64,000 bases of DNA from Cirrosporium novae-zelandiae (GCA_026023565.1 JAPETS010000036.1:186001-250000); one strand, 5' to 3'. Counted from the stretch's first letter, positions 36,141 through 49,552 are shown. Notes: generated by a model not told the origin, from the letters alone. Numbers and translations: made by a program.

Positions 36141-37844
36141 TTACGCGCTTAAACTATTATTATTATTATTATCAGCCACCACCACCTCGGCAGCAGCACC
36201 AGCCCGCCAACCACCCTTTTCCTCGATCCTAAACTCCGTATCCAGAGTCTTTCTCAGCTCCAGCCCTTTGACGAAGAGGGCCACGAGAATCCCCATGCCC
36301 GCAAACACAATTGACACCTGCCATACCGTCTTCAAGCTCCTCACATAGATCATCAAGATGTAATCTCTCAGCACAGGTGAGTCCCCGAAGGAATCCACAA
36401 ACCCTTTCGCCGCGTGTTCGTAGGCCCCGCCGTTTGCGAGCAGCTGGCGTATAGCGGCATCGGGGATCGCATCCAGGAAGCCATTGACGCGGGAATTGAA
36501 TATCGCGGCGGGGATGGCGGTGCCCCAGGTGGAGCCGAAGCTGCGGAGGAACGTCGCCGTTGCGGTGGCGGTGGCGACGTCGGATTCCGGGAGGCCGGCA
36601 AGCACGGTGGGCACGACGCTGGTGTAAATGAGGCCCGCACCGACGCCTAGGATGAGCGGGAATACGATCCAGTAGCTCATGGGGGAGTTTTGGTCGAATA
36701 GGGTGAAGAGGCCGCAGGCGAGAGCCATGAGGCCGAAGCCGAGGAAGTGGAATATGCGGTAGTGGCCTGTGATGGCGATGATGACGCCCGTGAGGATGCT
36801 GAAGGGTGCGGTTGTCGCCGTGATGGGGAAGGATAGGACTCCGGACCTGGTCGGGGATTTGTTGAGCACGGCTTGGAAGTACACGGGCAGGAAGTAGATG
36901 ACCCAGAAGAGGACGAGGCCGTGTAGGAAGGTGAGGATGAAGCCCGCGGCGGAGGTGCGATTCGAGAATAGCCGGAGTGGCATTGTTGGTTCCTTGCATA
37001 GCTGGGGGGTGTCTTGGTAGAGTAGGAAGCACAGGAACCCGACGCCGCCGAGGACCAGGGGCACTATGCTGCGCCAGGAACCCCAGGAGTGTTTTGTGCC
37101 GCCCCAGGCGAGGGCGAGGAGGATGGAGGTTACAGAGAGGATTAACAGAGCATTTCCGATGATGTCGACGCGGAGGAGCCGGTCTGATATGGATCCTTCC
37201 CTTGGGTATTCTAGCCTCAGGAAGGCGATTACTAGAGCTAGCGCGGCGGCGCATAGAGGCAGGTTGATGTAGAAGATCCATCTCCAGCTGAGATGCTGTG
37301 CGAAGACTCCTCCAAGGACGGGGCCGAGGACCTACTCAGGAGTCAGCCTTATCTAGCTTCACAAGGACTAGCGCTAAATCCAAAAAGAAAAAAAGACGGA
37401 CATACAGTTCCTATAGCCCAAGCCCCCCCAAGCACCCCCGCATACTTCCCCCTCTCCCGGAGGGGAATAATATCACAAGTCACAATCAGCGTCAGCGAAT
37501 TAATCCCCCCACCCCCCAACCCCTGCACGGTCCTCCCCGCAATCAGCATCCCCGTCTCCTTCGCCGCCCCACACATCGCACTACCCACAAAGAACAACAC
37601 GATCGACAAGATCGTCAGACTGCGGCGGCCGAAGATGTTGGCGGCCTGGCCGAATAAGGGTTGTACGGCCGTCTGGGCTAGGAAGTAGGACATGATGACC
37701 CAGACGTAGAGGATTTGGGAGTTGAGCGCGTGGACGATTGTGGGGAGGGCGGTGGAGATTATGGAGGCGTCTAGGGCGACGAGGAATTGGGAGACGAAGA
37801 GGGAGGTCATTATTAGGGTGAAGCGCCAGTCGTTGAAGTTGGAG

Positions 37845-37876
<32 letters not shown>

Positions 37877-37972
37877 ATGGGGGTTTGGTACTGCTGCTGC
37901 TGCTGCTGCTGTGTCCGGAGGTGATGAGGCGGACAGGAGGTTGGTTAGGGGTATATCTGTTGATGGAGCCAT
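36141..37972 (-). CDS. MFS drug:H+ antiporter-type transporter (about 14 TM, DHA2-like)
   Basis: LVALDASIISTALPTI, QPLFGQAANIFGRR, GRTVQGLGGGG, LRERGKY, intron 37332-37405, WRWIFYINLP, FLPVYFQAV; poly-Ala and poly-Asn near the N-terminus. Confidence 0.93.
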
Positions 37973-38611
37973 AGTAAGTGATGAAAAACTGGTGTGGGAA
38001 CCAGGTGTGTGTATAACAGTGAACAGAGAAGAAAAAAACATTTTTGGGAATAATTGAGGCTTCTATTTATTCTTGATATTGATAATGTGGGAGCCTATTT
38101 TGTTCCACGTTGGTTAAGAGGTTACGGCCGTATAGCTGTATAGCTGTCAAATCATAATGTTAATCTGGAGATGTTATTAATGCCGATCCCGATGCTTCAT
38201 GCTTTTATCCTATCATAGTTAAACGCATACAAAATATCACGAGAAGGCGGGAGATGATGGATATAATTGCATCTTGTCGCTGTTTGTCGCTGTTAATATA
38301 AGATTAATCACGAGTCATGAACTAGCTAGCCAGTCGGACAAGAAAATATATCGCCGTTCGGCTCACCTGTGAAGTGCTGCTTTTGCCCCATCAAAAATGC
38401 TAAATCCAATTCAAACTTCCCTTTAGTGATTTCTATATCTTCCAAAGACATTTGTGAGAGAAATACCGGCCTGGGGTCAACAGGACTTGATAACTACCGA
38501 CATGTGGATAAACTTCCACGTCATCTTAGTACCAAGGATATAATATTTAGAACCTGCAAATTTACGATGCAGCTATCCCCGTGACCTAGTATCTGGTATG
38601 CTGGAGCCTGA

Positions 38612-40381
38612 TTACTTCTTCTTGAAAAATGACATAATGTTTCCCTGGGAAGCATGTGCCTTGCTACCCGATTTCCCGCCTTTGGAAGATGAGGACGGTG
38701 GGTGGGTATGCGTCTTCTTGGAAGGTGGAGGTGCCTCGTCTTCCGAAAAGGACTCCCACACTGCTTCCTCCTGCGTCACAAGATAGCCCTCCTCGTCTTT
38801 GATGACCTTCTTCTTCATCACCTTGCGTTTTCCTCGTCGTCGGCTTGTGGATGCAGGGGGATTATGGGCTTCCTCCTGCTCTTCCTCTCCCCTCTCTTCC
38901 TCTTCCGGCGGCTCCTCTGCTGGGGGTGTGGGTTTCGTTGATGATGATGCATCTGGCATATCTTCATCTTGGGAATTTTAGCATGGGGTTATAGTAATAT
39001 ATAATACACAATTCATAAACCTACCATCATCATCCATCATTGCCCGAAGCTTCTTTTCTCGTTCAGTCCTCGCAGATGGGACTGGGGGAGTATCCTTCTT
39101 TGGCTTGTCTAGATAAACATCCTCCTCATTATCCCCATCATCAGAGAGATCAGGCATAGGGCCTAAATGTAATGAGCGAAATTCGCATTAGATATTCAAC
39201 GAACTTACTATCTCCATCTGTTTTGCCTTTGTCCTGAATTAAAGTCAGCACATTACATAGAGAACTGGTAGCAGAGGTTAAAGATATACCGAGTCTGCAG
39301 TAGAGATTGCTGGTGAGGCTGCAGCGGATGATTCTGTATCCTCCTTCTTGCGCTTCGGTTTTGTCTTGGCAAAAGCTTTGAAGATGTCCGATCCTGACCG
39401 CCGAGGTTGAGTTCTCTCTGCCACTTTGTGTGTAGCTTCTGATGCAGACTTCTGCTTAGACTCTGAACTTTGAGTTGATGTCTCTTGTTTCAAAGGTTCC
39501 GGCTGTGAACTTTTCTTAACGGTGATAGCATGTGGTCCTGGCGGAGCCGATACGGGCAGTGGGACGCGCATCTTTCTTCTCTGGTGGAAGTCTTTAGCTG
39601 CCAGCATTTACGTGTAGAGACTTAACCCTAACCTTAACGTTCTTATTCTGTATTACTCCATATTGCTTCCATGCTAGCATAGGATCTTCATTCCGGTATT
39701 TCGTCCTTGCATCTTGGTTTATTACTCCCAGAATTCTGATATCCTAAATTATTAGCTTGACTGGGTGATGAGCCACAATTTTTTCTTCTTACTTTCATAC
39801 TGCTTGGCTCAAGACTATAAATATGTATCGCCGTAATAGTTTCGTAGAGTTCCTTGACATCTTTCACAATCATAAGCACGTCTCTACAACTGTTTAATTG
39901 CGTTGCTCTCACAATCTAACCGCTCTTCTTTCACCAGGGTGATGGACTTGACTGGTATTATTTCATCCTGGTTTTCCATGTCTGTCATTGGGGTTCCTAT
40001 AAAGGGGCTGCTCTGCATGGGTGTGTCATCGTCGTCCTTATCCGAAGCAGACGCTGACTGCAATGAAACTGGTTTGCGAATGCCGGTAATCAAATATGTC
40101 GCATGGACACTGCCGGGCTTCCTGCTATTTTCGTTGTGATGAAATTCATATAGCATCCTAAGTATTTCCAGTCAATACCATCGACTCCAACAATATAGAG
40201 TGGAACATGCATACTGCTTCGCAAGGTTGACATGGACCTTCAGTGCCCTACTTAAAGAACGGTAGTTGACCTACTCTTGAAAGTTAGTTTCTACCATGCT
40301 AGAGAAATCGGGGAATTGACTGACAGCATTCTTATCGCCGAGGATTTCAGCTGCAAGAAACTGCTTATAATCAACAGCCAT
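38612..40381 (-). CDS. POL32: DNA polymerase delta subunit 3 (Cdc27/Pol32/POLD3)
   Basis: N-terminal VNYRSLSRALKVHVNLAK|MLYEF..VHATYLITG; C-terminal RGKRKVMKKKVIKDEEGYLVT and PIP box QGNIMSFF; multi-intron. Confidence 0.93.
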
Positions 40382-40452
40382 TTCGATTTTATGAAGAATC
40401 TTCGTTTTGAAGGTTGGTTTTGGATTAAAGTTCTAACTGGAGGTTAATGGAG

Positions 40453-40458
40453 ACGCGT
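40453..40458. promoter_or_regulatory. MCB-like element (ACGCGT) in the POL32/RAD18 divergent promoter
   Basis: ACGCGT at 40453 and a second CGCG core (TCGCGA) at 40473 within the 340-bp gap between the two ATGs. Confidence 0.5.
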
Positions 40459-40721
40459 TTGATCACAAGGATTCGCGACACGTAACTAATTATTAACAAA
40501 GCTTGATTACAGGCCTTGTCTTTATTTGATTTATTCCAAGCCCAGAACAAACAATAGTCTCTAGTACCATTGAGCGGCTTCGACAGTCCAGATTATTTTA
40601 TCAGGTCGATGACTTGATATCCTCTTCCGCCTACTTTCCTCGGTACAGATATAATCTCATTTCCCGCCTCCATCGCCCAAACTATTTGCCACACCATTTC
40701 TACTTCTCCCGTTCCGCATCC

Positions 40722-42240
40722 ATGGATCAAGGCTTCGAAGTTTCCGACTCCACAGACTGGTTGAATACTCCTCTGTCGCCCCTCTCCCAGGTTGAAATTC
40801 CTCTCCGCTGCCAGGTCTGCAAGGATTTTTTCGATACACCCATGATAACAAATTGTTCGCATACCTTTTGTTCACTCTGTATCCGACGCGCTCTTAGCTC
40901 TGATGGGAAATGCCCTGCTTGTCGTTCCGAGGAGCAAGAACATAAATTACGTAGGAATTGGACCTTGCAGGAGTTAGTTGAATCATTCAAGCAGGCTAGA
41001 CCTAGCCTTTTACAACATGCTCGAACGGTGGGAAATAGCGAGAAACGGGATACTCGCACTTCATCAAAGCGCAAGTTATCGGACACAGAGTTAGAAGCTG
41101 ATGAAGCGGAAGATGGATCTCAGACAAGAAAAACAAGAACATCTAGTCGCAGAGTAACTAGGAGTCAGTCAGGGACAAATGATTGGCAAGCTTCTTCCGG
41201 GGAAGCAGAAGCTGAACCAGGTAAATAAAATAGTTCGCATTGTCTAATCACGGTTCTAAATTTGTCTATAGATGATGGTCTTATTGCATGCCCTATATGC
41301 AATCAGAGAATGAAGGAGGAAGCCGTGTTTGGTCACCTTGATATTTGCGGCACATCCACAAGACCGTATACAAGCCCCTATACAAGCACCTTACAAACAA
41401 GAAGGTAAAGAGACAGGAATTTACACGTCCATCTATAAGCCGGTTCTATCGATTCTAACATAGCGCAGTACTTCACTCAGGTCACATTCCGTATACCAGA
41501 GATCGCATTCTGACCCTGTCACCAAACCTCAGCAGCCTCTTCCAAAACTTCATTACTCTATCCTAAAAGAGAGGGACCTAAGGAGAAAATTGATAGAGTT
41601 GGGTATCCCGAACTGGGGCTCCAAAACTCTTATGGTCCGACGACACACTGAATGGGTCAATATATGGAATGCCAATTGCGATTCGTCAAGGCCCAAACCG
41701 AAAAGAGAATTGCTGCAAGATCTAGATGTATGGGAGAGAGCACAAGGCGGGCTAGCTTCTAATGCTGCTGGAGTTTTCAACTCAGCAAAAACAGTGATGG
41801 ATAAGGACTTCGATAGCGCTGGATGGGCTGAAAGTCATTCCGACGACTTTCAGCAGTTGATTGCAAATGCTAGGAGGAAAGTCACAGCACTACGGAGCAC
41901 AGAGCAGAGCGCGGATAGTTCCAATTCCAGGGATGACAAACATGACACAGCTGTTTCCGAAGGACTTCTAGGACGAACCTCCGAAGTTCCACCAAATCTA
42001 GCTGATAGACAGCCAGACCGAGAGGCAGGGGCTATGGTAAAGGACATCCCAGTTATCAATTTAGAAGAGTCCCCCGTCGAATCGAGAAGTGCCATTAATG
42101 GTAAATTGGTACATGGCGGAGAAGAATCAGGTACTGACCTTCCTGGAGTTGAGAAGGTAAATCAGTATCCTAATGTCGACGAAAGTGGAGGACCGCCGTT
42201 GGTTGACAGATCTGCTATTCAGCACATAGTAGACTCATGA
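40722..42240 (+). CDS. RAD18: Post-replication repair E3 ubiquitin ligase Rad18 (UvsH/UVS-2)
   Basis: [46 protein letters not shown]...[18 protein letters not shown]...[16 protein letters not shown]; two introns. Confidence 0.96.
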
Positions 42241-42471
42241 GCCGATATGACGGATATTCCATAAATGCATTATGTCCGTAGAGAAGTTGGCGCAAAGCCA
42301 CATGGCGTTGGCCGATACCAAGAGTTCGAGGCTGACATGCTTCTTACTATGCACAATTCATATCGACATTCAGCTCAGGAGATCGAAACGAAACCCACCG
42401 CCTTTCACGCGCAACTCCAGGCATATAGCCATTTGCTATCATTTGGATGAATACTTAGTAGGCGTTAAGCT

Positions 42472-44111
42472 TTAGGCTGTTTGTGCAATATCCTGCTTCT
42501 TCTTGTTTGCTTGGATATTGCTATCCTGTTCTTGGACTCTGTCAATATCCATTGATATTTGGGCAACCCCAGCGGTGGTCTCGTTCACATCGTCCTGGTT
42601 CACAGGCTTCTTATTTCCTTGTGGAGATGCTGTAGCAGGGCCCTTTGGGGGGACATTTTGACCCTCTACTATAGGTCTAGATCCTTTGCCGATCTCTCCA
42701 AGTCTGCGCTCCGTTTCCATAGCTTCTTGCTTCTCCTTCTCTTCCTTCGCTGCGCCCTCCATTGCAGCGAGTTCATCATCCAACTCGTCCTCGTCAATCG
42801 CTGCCTCGCTAGTCAACGGTTCCGATATAATCTGGCCAATCTCATTGACATTGCCTATTTCCTCCCTGAGACTTTCAATTATGTCTTCAACCCTATCCGC
42901 CCCTCCTATTTCAGCATGGAGCCCCTTTAAGACCCGCGCACTAGCTTCCATGATCTGGACGACCTCAACCTGGCCTGTAGCTTCTTCGATCTTTGTGTAA
43001 ACTTCTTCTAGTTGCGCAAGGGTATCCAGACGCGTTTTGAGATTCGAATCCGCGAGTTTCTTGGAACGCAGAGCAGCAAGAGCAGATGTTCGGTTTCCTT
43101 TCGCCACCAATTCTTTTGCTGTTATTGAAAGTTTCTGGACCCTATTTGTCAAAGAATCAACCTGCGTTGTCAAGTTGGCAATGAGCGACTTAAGTGAAGC
43201 AATGGTGGTATCCTGTTCATCGATTCCAACCGTGGATTCGTCCAGACGCTTGAATTTGATAGTACGTCCATCATAAGCAATGGAACCCTTATCCCGAGCC
43301 AGGAATAGTAGTAGCACGTTGATATCAGATTCCGATAGCGTATGTTCCTCACCCAAAACCTTACTATACTGTTTGATGAAAAGGTCCTTCGAGAGTACTC
43401 GGTCAGTTCTTGAGCTGTAGGTAGAAGCTTTACTCAAGACTTTAGTTGCAGCCTCCTGTTTCCAATTAGCATCCATTTCATTGACTATCCATATTTTACG
43501 TACTTCAACATTTCGGATAAGCACAAATTGCCCTATAGAAAGCCGATCTTCCCCGTAGGATCCACCAGCAAGGCCCAGTTGTTTCAATCCCCATTTAAGT
43601 ATTTGCCATGGTGTGATAACCCAGCTTCGGTTGTATATGCTTGTGGGTGTAGTAAGGAATTCTTGAAACGGAATCATTTCCTTCCTCTGGATACCTTCAT
43701 TCTAGGAATCAATGTCAGCTTAGGATTCCTAATTGTACAACGGCGTCCCTACAATTACAGCCCCGAGCGCAAGTGGTCGACCGTACTCTTTCGTCTCTAG
43801 AGCTCGTACAAGCTCTTGGCCCGTCTCGAGTAGTAGCAAGTCATTCTGGGCAGAATGTGTCGGCAATTTCCCAGCACTGGCAGCACCTGCTAAAGCCTCC
43901 AGCCACGTCGAGATATTTGCTTCATAGCCGTCTGGATTTATTGTTCGTTGAACACGAAAATCGGAGTATAACGATGGAAGCCGCTCCCTGTCATGACGAT
44001 GAGATGAGAAGATTTGACATGGGCCTCACAGAGGAAATGCGGGGAAAAGTAGGCAACGTACCTGCGAAACTTTGCTTCATGGGCGAAGATGAAGTTCAGA
44101 AGCTCGCTCAT
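42472..44111 (-). CDS. CMP7: ESCRT-II/III hybrid protein CHMP7/Cmp7 (winged helix plus Snf7 domain)
   Basis: RLPSLYSDF..NPDGYEANI..W N-terminus; Snf7 helices ALAALRSKKL, LAQLEEVYTKIEEA, IDEDELDDELAAME; several introns. Confidence 0.88.
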
Positions 44112-44604
44112 GGTGAGCCCCACTAAGGAGGTTATCTGGTTCAAAGCGGTGATCTCAATGCAAGTGGTCGTTGGTATTGGGGATAGATGGGGAACGAGCA
44201 AAAGCTCGAGTCGGTTGTTGATATCATCGCCAAGGTGCACGTGCCAACCACTCATTTACTCGAGTCCTCGAGTCCGTTGGACTATGAATTACAAAGTTTA
44301 AGGACCTTGGCTTCAACTTTCTTCAGGATTCTATTAAGAAGTATAGTCTAAGGCCTGAAAAATATACCTCATTATATTTATAGTTACACTTCTAGTGTAA
44401 ATAACATTTGAAAATTGTATGTAATTAGTGGACCTTAGATATCATTAGGCAAATCTCTAGCAATGCCTTTTTCCCTAGATGAGTTGGTCAAACTTCTGAC
44501 CTCTACCCTCCATGATTACCACAAAACGCCATGGTTATGCATGTTTGATGTTTTCAGTGCCAGTGAACGCCGCCCCCCATAATATTCATCATTACTCCAT
44601 GCAA

Positions 44605-47032
44605 TCATTCAAAATCATCATCGGCGGCTCTGTTTTCAGCCAGTGGTGAACGGGCCGCGCCGAGAGGGCCAGTGTCTGCAGTATTTGACATATAGGGTGC
44701 GCCTGCACCAATTATAGACCGTCTATGCCGCTTAGTTTCGAACACTTCTGTTGGCTCTTCATCAACAGGTTCTTCAATGTCAAGAGTTCCGTCTTCACCA
44801 GAAACTGGACCGTCAAAGGAACTGGTATAAAGAAGTTGTCGGAGATCTTCTAGAAAAGCTTGCATCTCATCAAAGCCATGGTAGTCCCTCGCTCTCTTAG
44901 ATTTAATAACGAGATCATAGAGAGCATCTGCTTGCACCATGCATTTCCGGGCTTGAGGTAGTCTTTCCAGCTTCACCCACGCATCTGCTGCTAGAACACC
45001 CCACATGGCTGCTTTCCGATGTCGAGCTCCTAGTCCAAAACCACCAATGTCCTCCCTTGATGCATAGCATGCGGACATGCGCTCTTCAAAAAGGACAGTA
45101 CCTATCTCTCCAACAAGTCCCATTTCGAGAATACGACTAGCCCACTTGGCAGCATCATCTACCCAAGAACCATTCCGTGTTCTCATCAACTCAAAGCACA
45201 GAATCAAGCATCTTAAAGCCCCATAAGGGGCTGAGCATCTCGTTGCATATGAGTAAAGGGCGGTGTCAAGGGATTGCTCCAGAGCTTCATATTTTGATTT
45301 TGTTGAAGATGGCGGAAGTAGCAAAAGGCTCACTGCAGACATTTCATTAACCCCTGCTAGATACATCCAGGCTTTATCGTTATTGAAATCGTTCTTGAGT
45401 AGGTCATAGGTATTCAGGGCAAATTTCCAGTCTCGTAGCATGAATGAAAAGTCAGCCAGTTTCCGCAAGATCGCCTCCGGTGCGTCTGCCTGATAAAAGC
45501 CATGGTCAGAATCATAATTTCCGCTTGCGCCTCCATTTCCAAGGGCAGATCCAGGGGTATTCTTGGAATTGTTCGATCCAAAGACGGTCCATCGTTTTGA
45601 TAGCGAGATAAATCTCCCGCTTATCCCACGGCGCCTCGAAGCCACTTGATCATTCCATGCGGCAACTCGATGTTCCATAAACGGAACAACCGATTGGGTA
45701 ACTAATTCCCGTACAAAGGATCTCAAAGCTGCCGCATCGGACTCAACCAGATAGAAGGCCGAATCATCCATCACATCCACTTCTACATATAATAATTTAG
45801 TGAATAAACTATTTGGGAGGGTAATCAGTCTTACCTTTATTCTGCGCGCTTGCCAGATCCTCAGTAGAAGTAATCCATTGAGACGGCTGTATTTGGATAC
45901 TATCGTCATCTGACGGTAGGCATTGGATACTTCGTAACCGAAGGAGGTGGCAATTCAGTCCGAAATGTCGTTTCATTTGCTGAAATAATGCAGTAGACCT
46001 AACGATATCATCTCTATCCTCATCATGAATAAACAAATAATATCTCAAATACTCTTGATTAACCCATGATGGTAATCTTTTTTCTCCTTGCGTAGTATTG
46101 GCATATAATCCCCGTAGTTCTTCGATCGGAGAAATATTTCGAGAGCTGACTGCGATGACACAAGTAACTGGATGCGAAAATGTTTCGTGGGGTATAAGAG
46201 ATGGAATAGAAAGTAGTCGTGATAGATACAACGAATAAAGTGGCGATGGCAGAATTTCTTTTGTTGCATCCATGTCTTCCACGTTGGCTATGTCAAAAAC
46301 GCTTGATTCTTGGTCGTCAGACGCATCAAGATGGAGCTTGACCGCTTCATCTGTTGCAGTAGCCTCCCATGATGAGAACGGAGTAGCAGGTTGTAGTTTA
46401 CGTATATCATCCACAACAGGTCCCGAAAAACGTTGAGAAGCTTCAAGACCGCCAGGTGGTTTTTGATTCCATGACCCTCTGGCTCGAGTTTCAAGAGCAC
46501 AGAAGCGTATGCTATAGTCATCGCATCCTTTGCTAGTTCCTATGCTATCCCTTATCACAACTTTCCCCTGCACCTTATCGCCAAAAGGCCGTAGAAGGCT
46601 TCTAAGCCCACTTCGGCAACCCTTATCCACAGCCAATTCGTCAGCATCAGGAGATGCATACACGGCGATATGTGGCGCAAAGGATCGAACTATTAACGAT
46701 CGAATGTCATCATGCTCAGGATTCTGTGGTAGTTGAAGGGTCACGGAGGCTGAGAGTTCAGATGAACTTCTAGCACTTGCAGGACTGTTGCGGAGTTGGG
46801 AAGATGCCCTCCTTCCATTAGACCCTAGATACCCCGGTGATTGCGACTGTACAAATGATGAGGACCGGGAGAGGGGATCCTCTGTCACCCTCTCAATGCT
46901 CCCATGATATCTCGGAGCGGGTCGTGGCGACTGGGTTCGACTTGAGGGTGTGGACTTTGGAATTTCGATGGGAGTTCCGGGAGCAAGCGACGGCAAGGGT
47001 TTGACCGGCGTAGCACTGTCTGGAGATGTCAT
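44605..47032 (-). CDS. TRS85: TRAPP III subunit Trs85/TRAPPC8
   Basis: PHETFSHPVTCVIAVSS, LRYYLFIHD, MKRHFGLNCHLLRL, SVVPFME..WNDQVASRRRGISGR, EAILRKLADFSFMLRDW; intron 45783-45834. Confidence 0.92.
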
Positions 47033-47569
47033 TAACGCCGGGCGTATCTTGATAAAAAGAGAATGGTGACTGGAAATTAGGGAGCATCTATGGATTTGAA
47101 GGTCTAGCACTGAAAGTCGTAGCGACTAGGGTGAACTGTAGAAATTGCCAGATAAAGAGTAGTCAGAAGTCGATATTAGTCAATGGATGATGGAACCAGG
47201 TTAGAGAAATGTCAAAAAAGTAGTATGTAATTCTAAAATCATTCCCAGGTCAATGAACTTTTTGCATCGAATACGAGAGATAATGAAGCACTAAAAGGGA
47301 GCGTTTGGGAGTGTATGGGGGGAGTATGAAGGCATGGGATGTCTGGGTACCTCTTGGGTGGGTTTGGGGTTGCGGGAGATTGACATTTCTGCTCAAGGGA
47401 CTTTCCGTGTGACGTACACATAATAAAGTGGCCTGAGGCCAAAAGTAATGCTAGATTTATTCAAAATTCATTACTTCAAGAATTATTATTTCCTCCGCCG
47501 ACTCATGTGTATGGGCTTTTCCCAAGGAGGGGAACCATGTTAACCATCCTTGATTCCCAATCCAAATAA

Positions 47570-49552
47570 ATGTTTCTAACCAACCGCATATTTGCTCCAA
47601 GATTGCCTACTTTTCGCCGATTTGACGGATTGCTGGTGCATATAATGTCCTTGAATGTTAAAGCAGAAACTTCCAACGTACTTAATCCCTTCAAAAGAAC
47701 TGCAGTTACCCGCAGTCCCTCTCCTAGTGCGGCAGAATCATCAAAAATCAAACGAAGAAAGTTGAGCCATCTGACACATCAAGAACCCATGGGGCCAGCC
47801 GCAATGGATCCAGTTATACAGCTCACCCCAGAGGAGCAAGAGTTGAAAAAATTATTATTGGATGTAACAAGTTGGGTCCAGAGAAAACCAGACACGCCGC
47901 AGTCGCGAGACGGGGAGATTCAACCGCCTGACACAGCCCTAGAGCTTCGTTTTGCTGGAGGATGGGTACGAGATAAATTGCTCGGAGTTAATAGTCAGGA
48001 TATTGACGTTGCCTTGAGCAGTATGACTGGAGAAGTATTCGGGGAAGCTTTACTGGAATACTTGGAGGATCCTGATAAGGATGGGGATCGGATTCTTGGA
48101 GGTCATACTCTACATAAGATAAAGGCAAACCCGGAGAAATCAAAGCACCTAGAAACAAGCACAATGAAATTGCTAGGAATAGATGTGGATTTTGTGAATC
48201 TACGAAAAGAGACATACACCGAGGACAGCAGAAACCCCCAGATGTCATTTGGTACTCCAGAGGAAGATGCAATCCGACGTGATGCGACCATAAATGCTCT
48301 CTTCTACAATATACACACTTCAAAGGTTGAGGATTTGACCGGGAAGGGGCTCGCAGATATGGAACTCAAAATAATGCGTACCCCGCTTCCTCCTTATCAA
48401 ACATTCAAAGACGACCCACTTCGTGTAATGCGCTTGATCCGCTTTGCAAGTAGACTTGATTATACGATTGATGAGGAAGCTGGAGAGGCGATGAAAAATA
48501 AGGATATTCAAGAGGCCTTTACGGCCAAGATCAGCCGTGAACGAGTTGGCATTGAGCTCCGGAAGATGTTACGTGGCCCTAGCCCATTATCTGCTTTGCG
48601 TTATATCCATAATTTTGGTTTGTATTCCACCGTGTTTGTAAATCCAAAGATACTTCAACAATACCAGACAATAAAACTTGGGACAACAGTGTTTGCCACT
48701 CCTGAAAGTGCTCATTTGGAGCCAGCTATTAAGAACTGGGAAAAAGCATACACAGCGTTACAAGAACTTATGAAACAACACCCTAGTGAGAGCAAAATAT
48801 ATAACGACATCCGATCGATACTGATTGTAAGCCCTGAACAGCAATATCATTGTTGGCTGCTCGCCTCACTTGTTCCATGGATAGTTGTCCAGCCTCCGAA
48901 AGATGAAAAAGAAATCAAACAGATACCATCAGCTGCAAGCACTGTCGCGAGATATGCCATCGATGCCCCAAATGAGGAATGTTCGATTATTGATGGAGCT
49001 GTCAAAAATAGAGAAGAAATAGCCAGAGTGAAGGACCTGGTGGCTGGCATACAAACTTTGAGCGAACCCGAATCAGATATGAATAACCCGTTGTCACGAA
49101 GCAGCCTAGGAGTGGCTATCCGTAAATGGGGCTCCCATTGGAGATCCCAGATAGTCTTGCTATATTTGATGGATTCACTAGCTGCTGATGATCGTAATGG
49201 TAAGGTCTCTTTCCTAGCAGGACAAAGAATTTCTCTAATCCCAATCTCAGGGCGAAATAATATATTACAAGATTATCTGAAGCTAGTTTCCAGGTTCCGG
49301 GATGAAGATCTATTGGACGTATGCTCCTTGCAGCCCATAGTCAGCGGGGATGACCTGATGAAGGCTTTGAATTCCGGACCAGGCAAGTGGCTGCAGGCGG
49401 CCAAAGACATGGCGCTACGTTTTCAACTCGAGTATCACGAAGCTAAGCCCGAGGATGCCATCAAGTTCGTGCTGGAACATAAAGCGGAGCTCAACATTAG
49501 GGGAAAGGTGCAGAAAGCCAAGAAAAAGCAAAAGACTAAAAAACAGACATAG
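47570..49552 (+). CDS. CCA1: CCA tRNA nucleotidyltransferase
   Basis: FAGGWVRDKLLG..DIDV, KSKHLET, DFVNLRKETY, EDAIRRDATINALF, DDPLRVMR, KISRERVG; probable in-frame 51-nt intron at 49200-49250. Confidence 0.95.
   Translation: MFLTNRIFAPRLPTFRRFDGLLVHIMSLNVKAETSNVLNPFKRTAVTRSPSPSAAESSKIKRRKLSHLTHQEPMGPAAMDPVIQLTPEEQELKKLLLDVTSWVQRKPDTPQSRDGEIQPPDTALELRFAGGWVRDKLLGVNSQDIDVALSSMTGEVFGEALLEYLEDPDKDGDRILGGHTLHKIKANPEKSKHLETSTMKLLGIDVDFVNLRKETYTEDSRNPQMSFGTPEEDAIRRDATINALFYNIHTSKVEDLTGKGLADMELKIMRTPLPPYQTFKDDPLRVMRLIRFASRLDYTIDEEAGEAMKNKDIQEAFTAKISRERVGIELRKMLRGPSPLSALRYIHNFGLYSTVFVNPKILQQYQTIKLGTTVFATPESAHLEPAIKNWEKAYTALQELMKQHPSESKIYNDIRSILIVSPEQQYHCWLLASLVPWIVVQPPKDEKEIKQIPSAASTVARYAIDAPNEECSIIDGAVKNREEIARVKDLVAGIQTLSEPESDMNNPLSRSSLGVAIRKWGSHWRSQIVLLYLMDSLAADDRNGKVSFLAGQRISLIPISGRNNILQDYLKLVSRFRDEDLLDVCSLQPIVSGDDLMKALNSGPGKWLQAAKDMALRFQLEYHEAKPEDAIKFVLEHKAELNIRGKVQKAKKKQKTKKQT

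Noticed and set aside
36229..37281. 350-aa Arg/Pro/His-rich ORF overlapping the MFS gene
   Set aside because: Alternative-frame shadow of a GC-rich coding sequence; no recognisable domain
29734..37972. SDR + bZIP + MFS as a secondary-metabolite cluster
   Set aside because: No PKS, NRPS, terpene synthase or other backbone gene in the window; the genes are separated by repeats and a pseudogene
39631..39646. TTAACCCTAACC as a telomere repeat or telomerase RNA template
   Set aside because: It is the reverse complement of a POL32 exon end plus intron donor (GTTAAG|GTTAGG); only about two units
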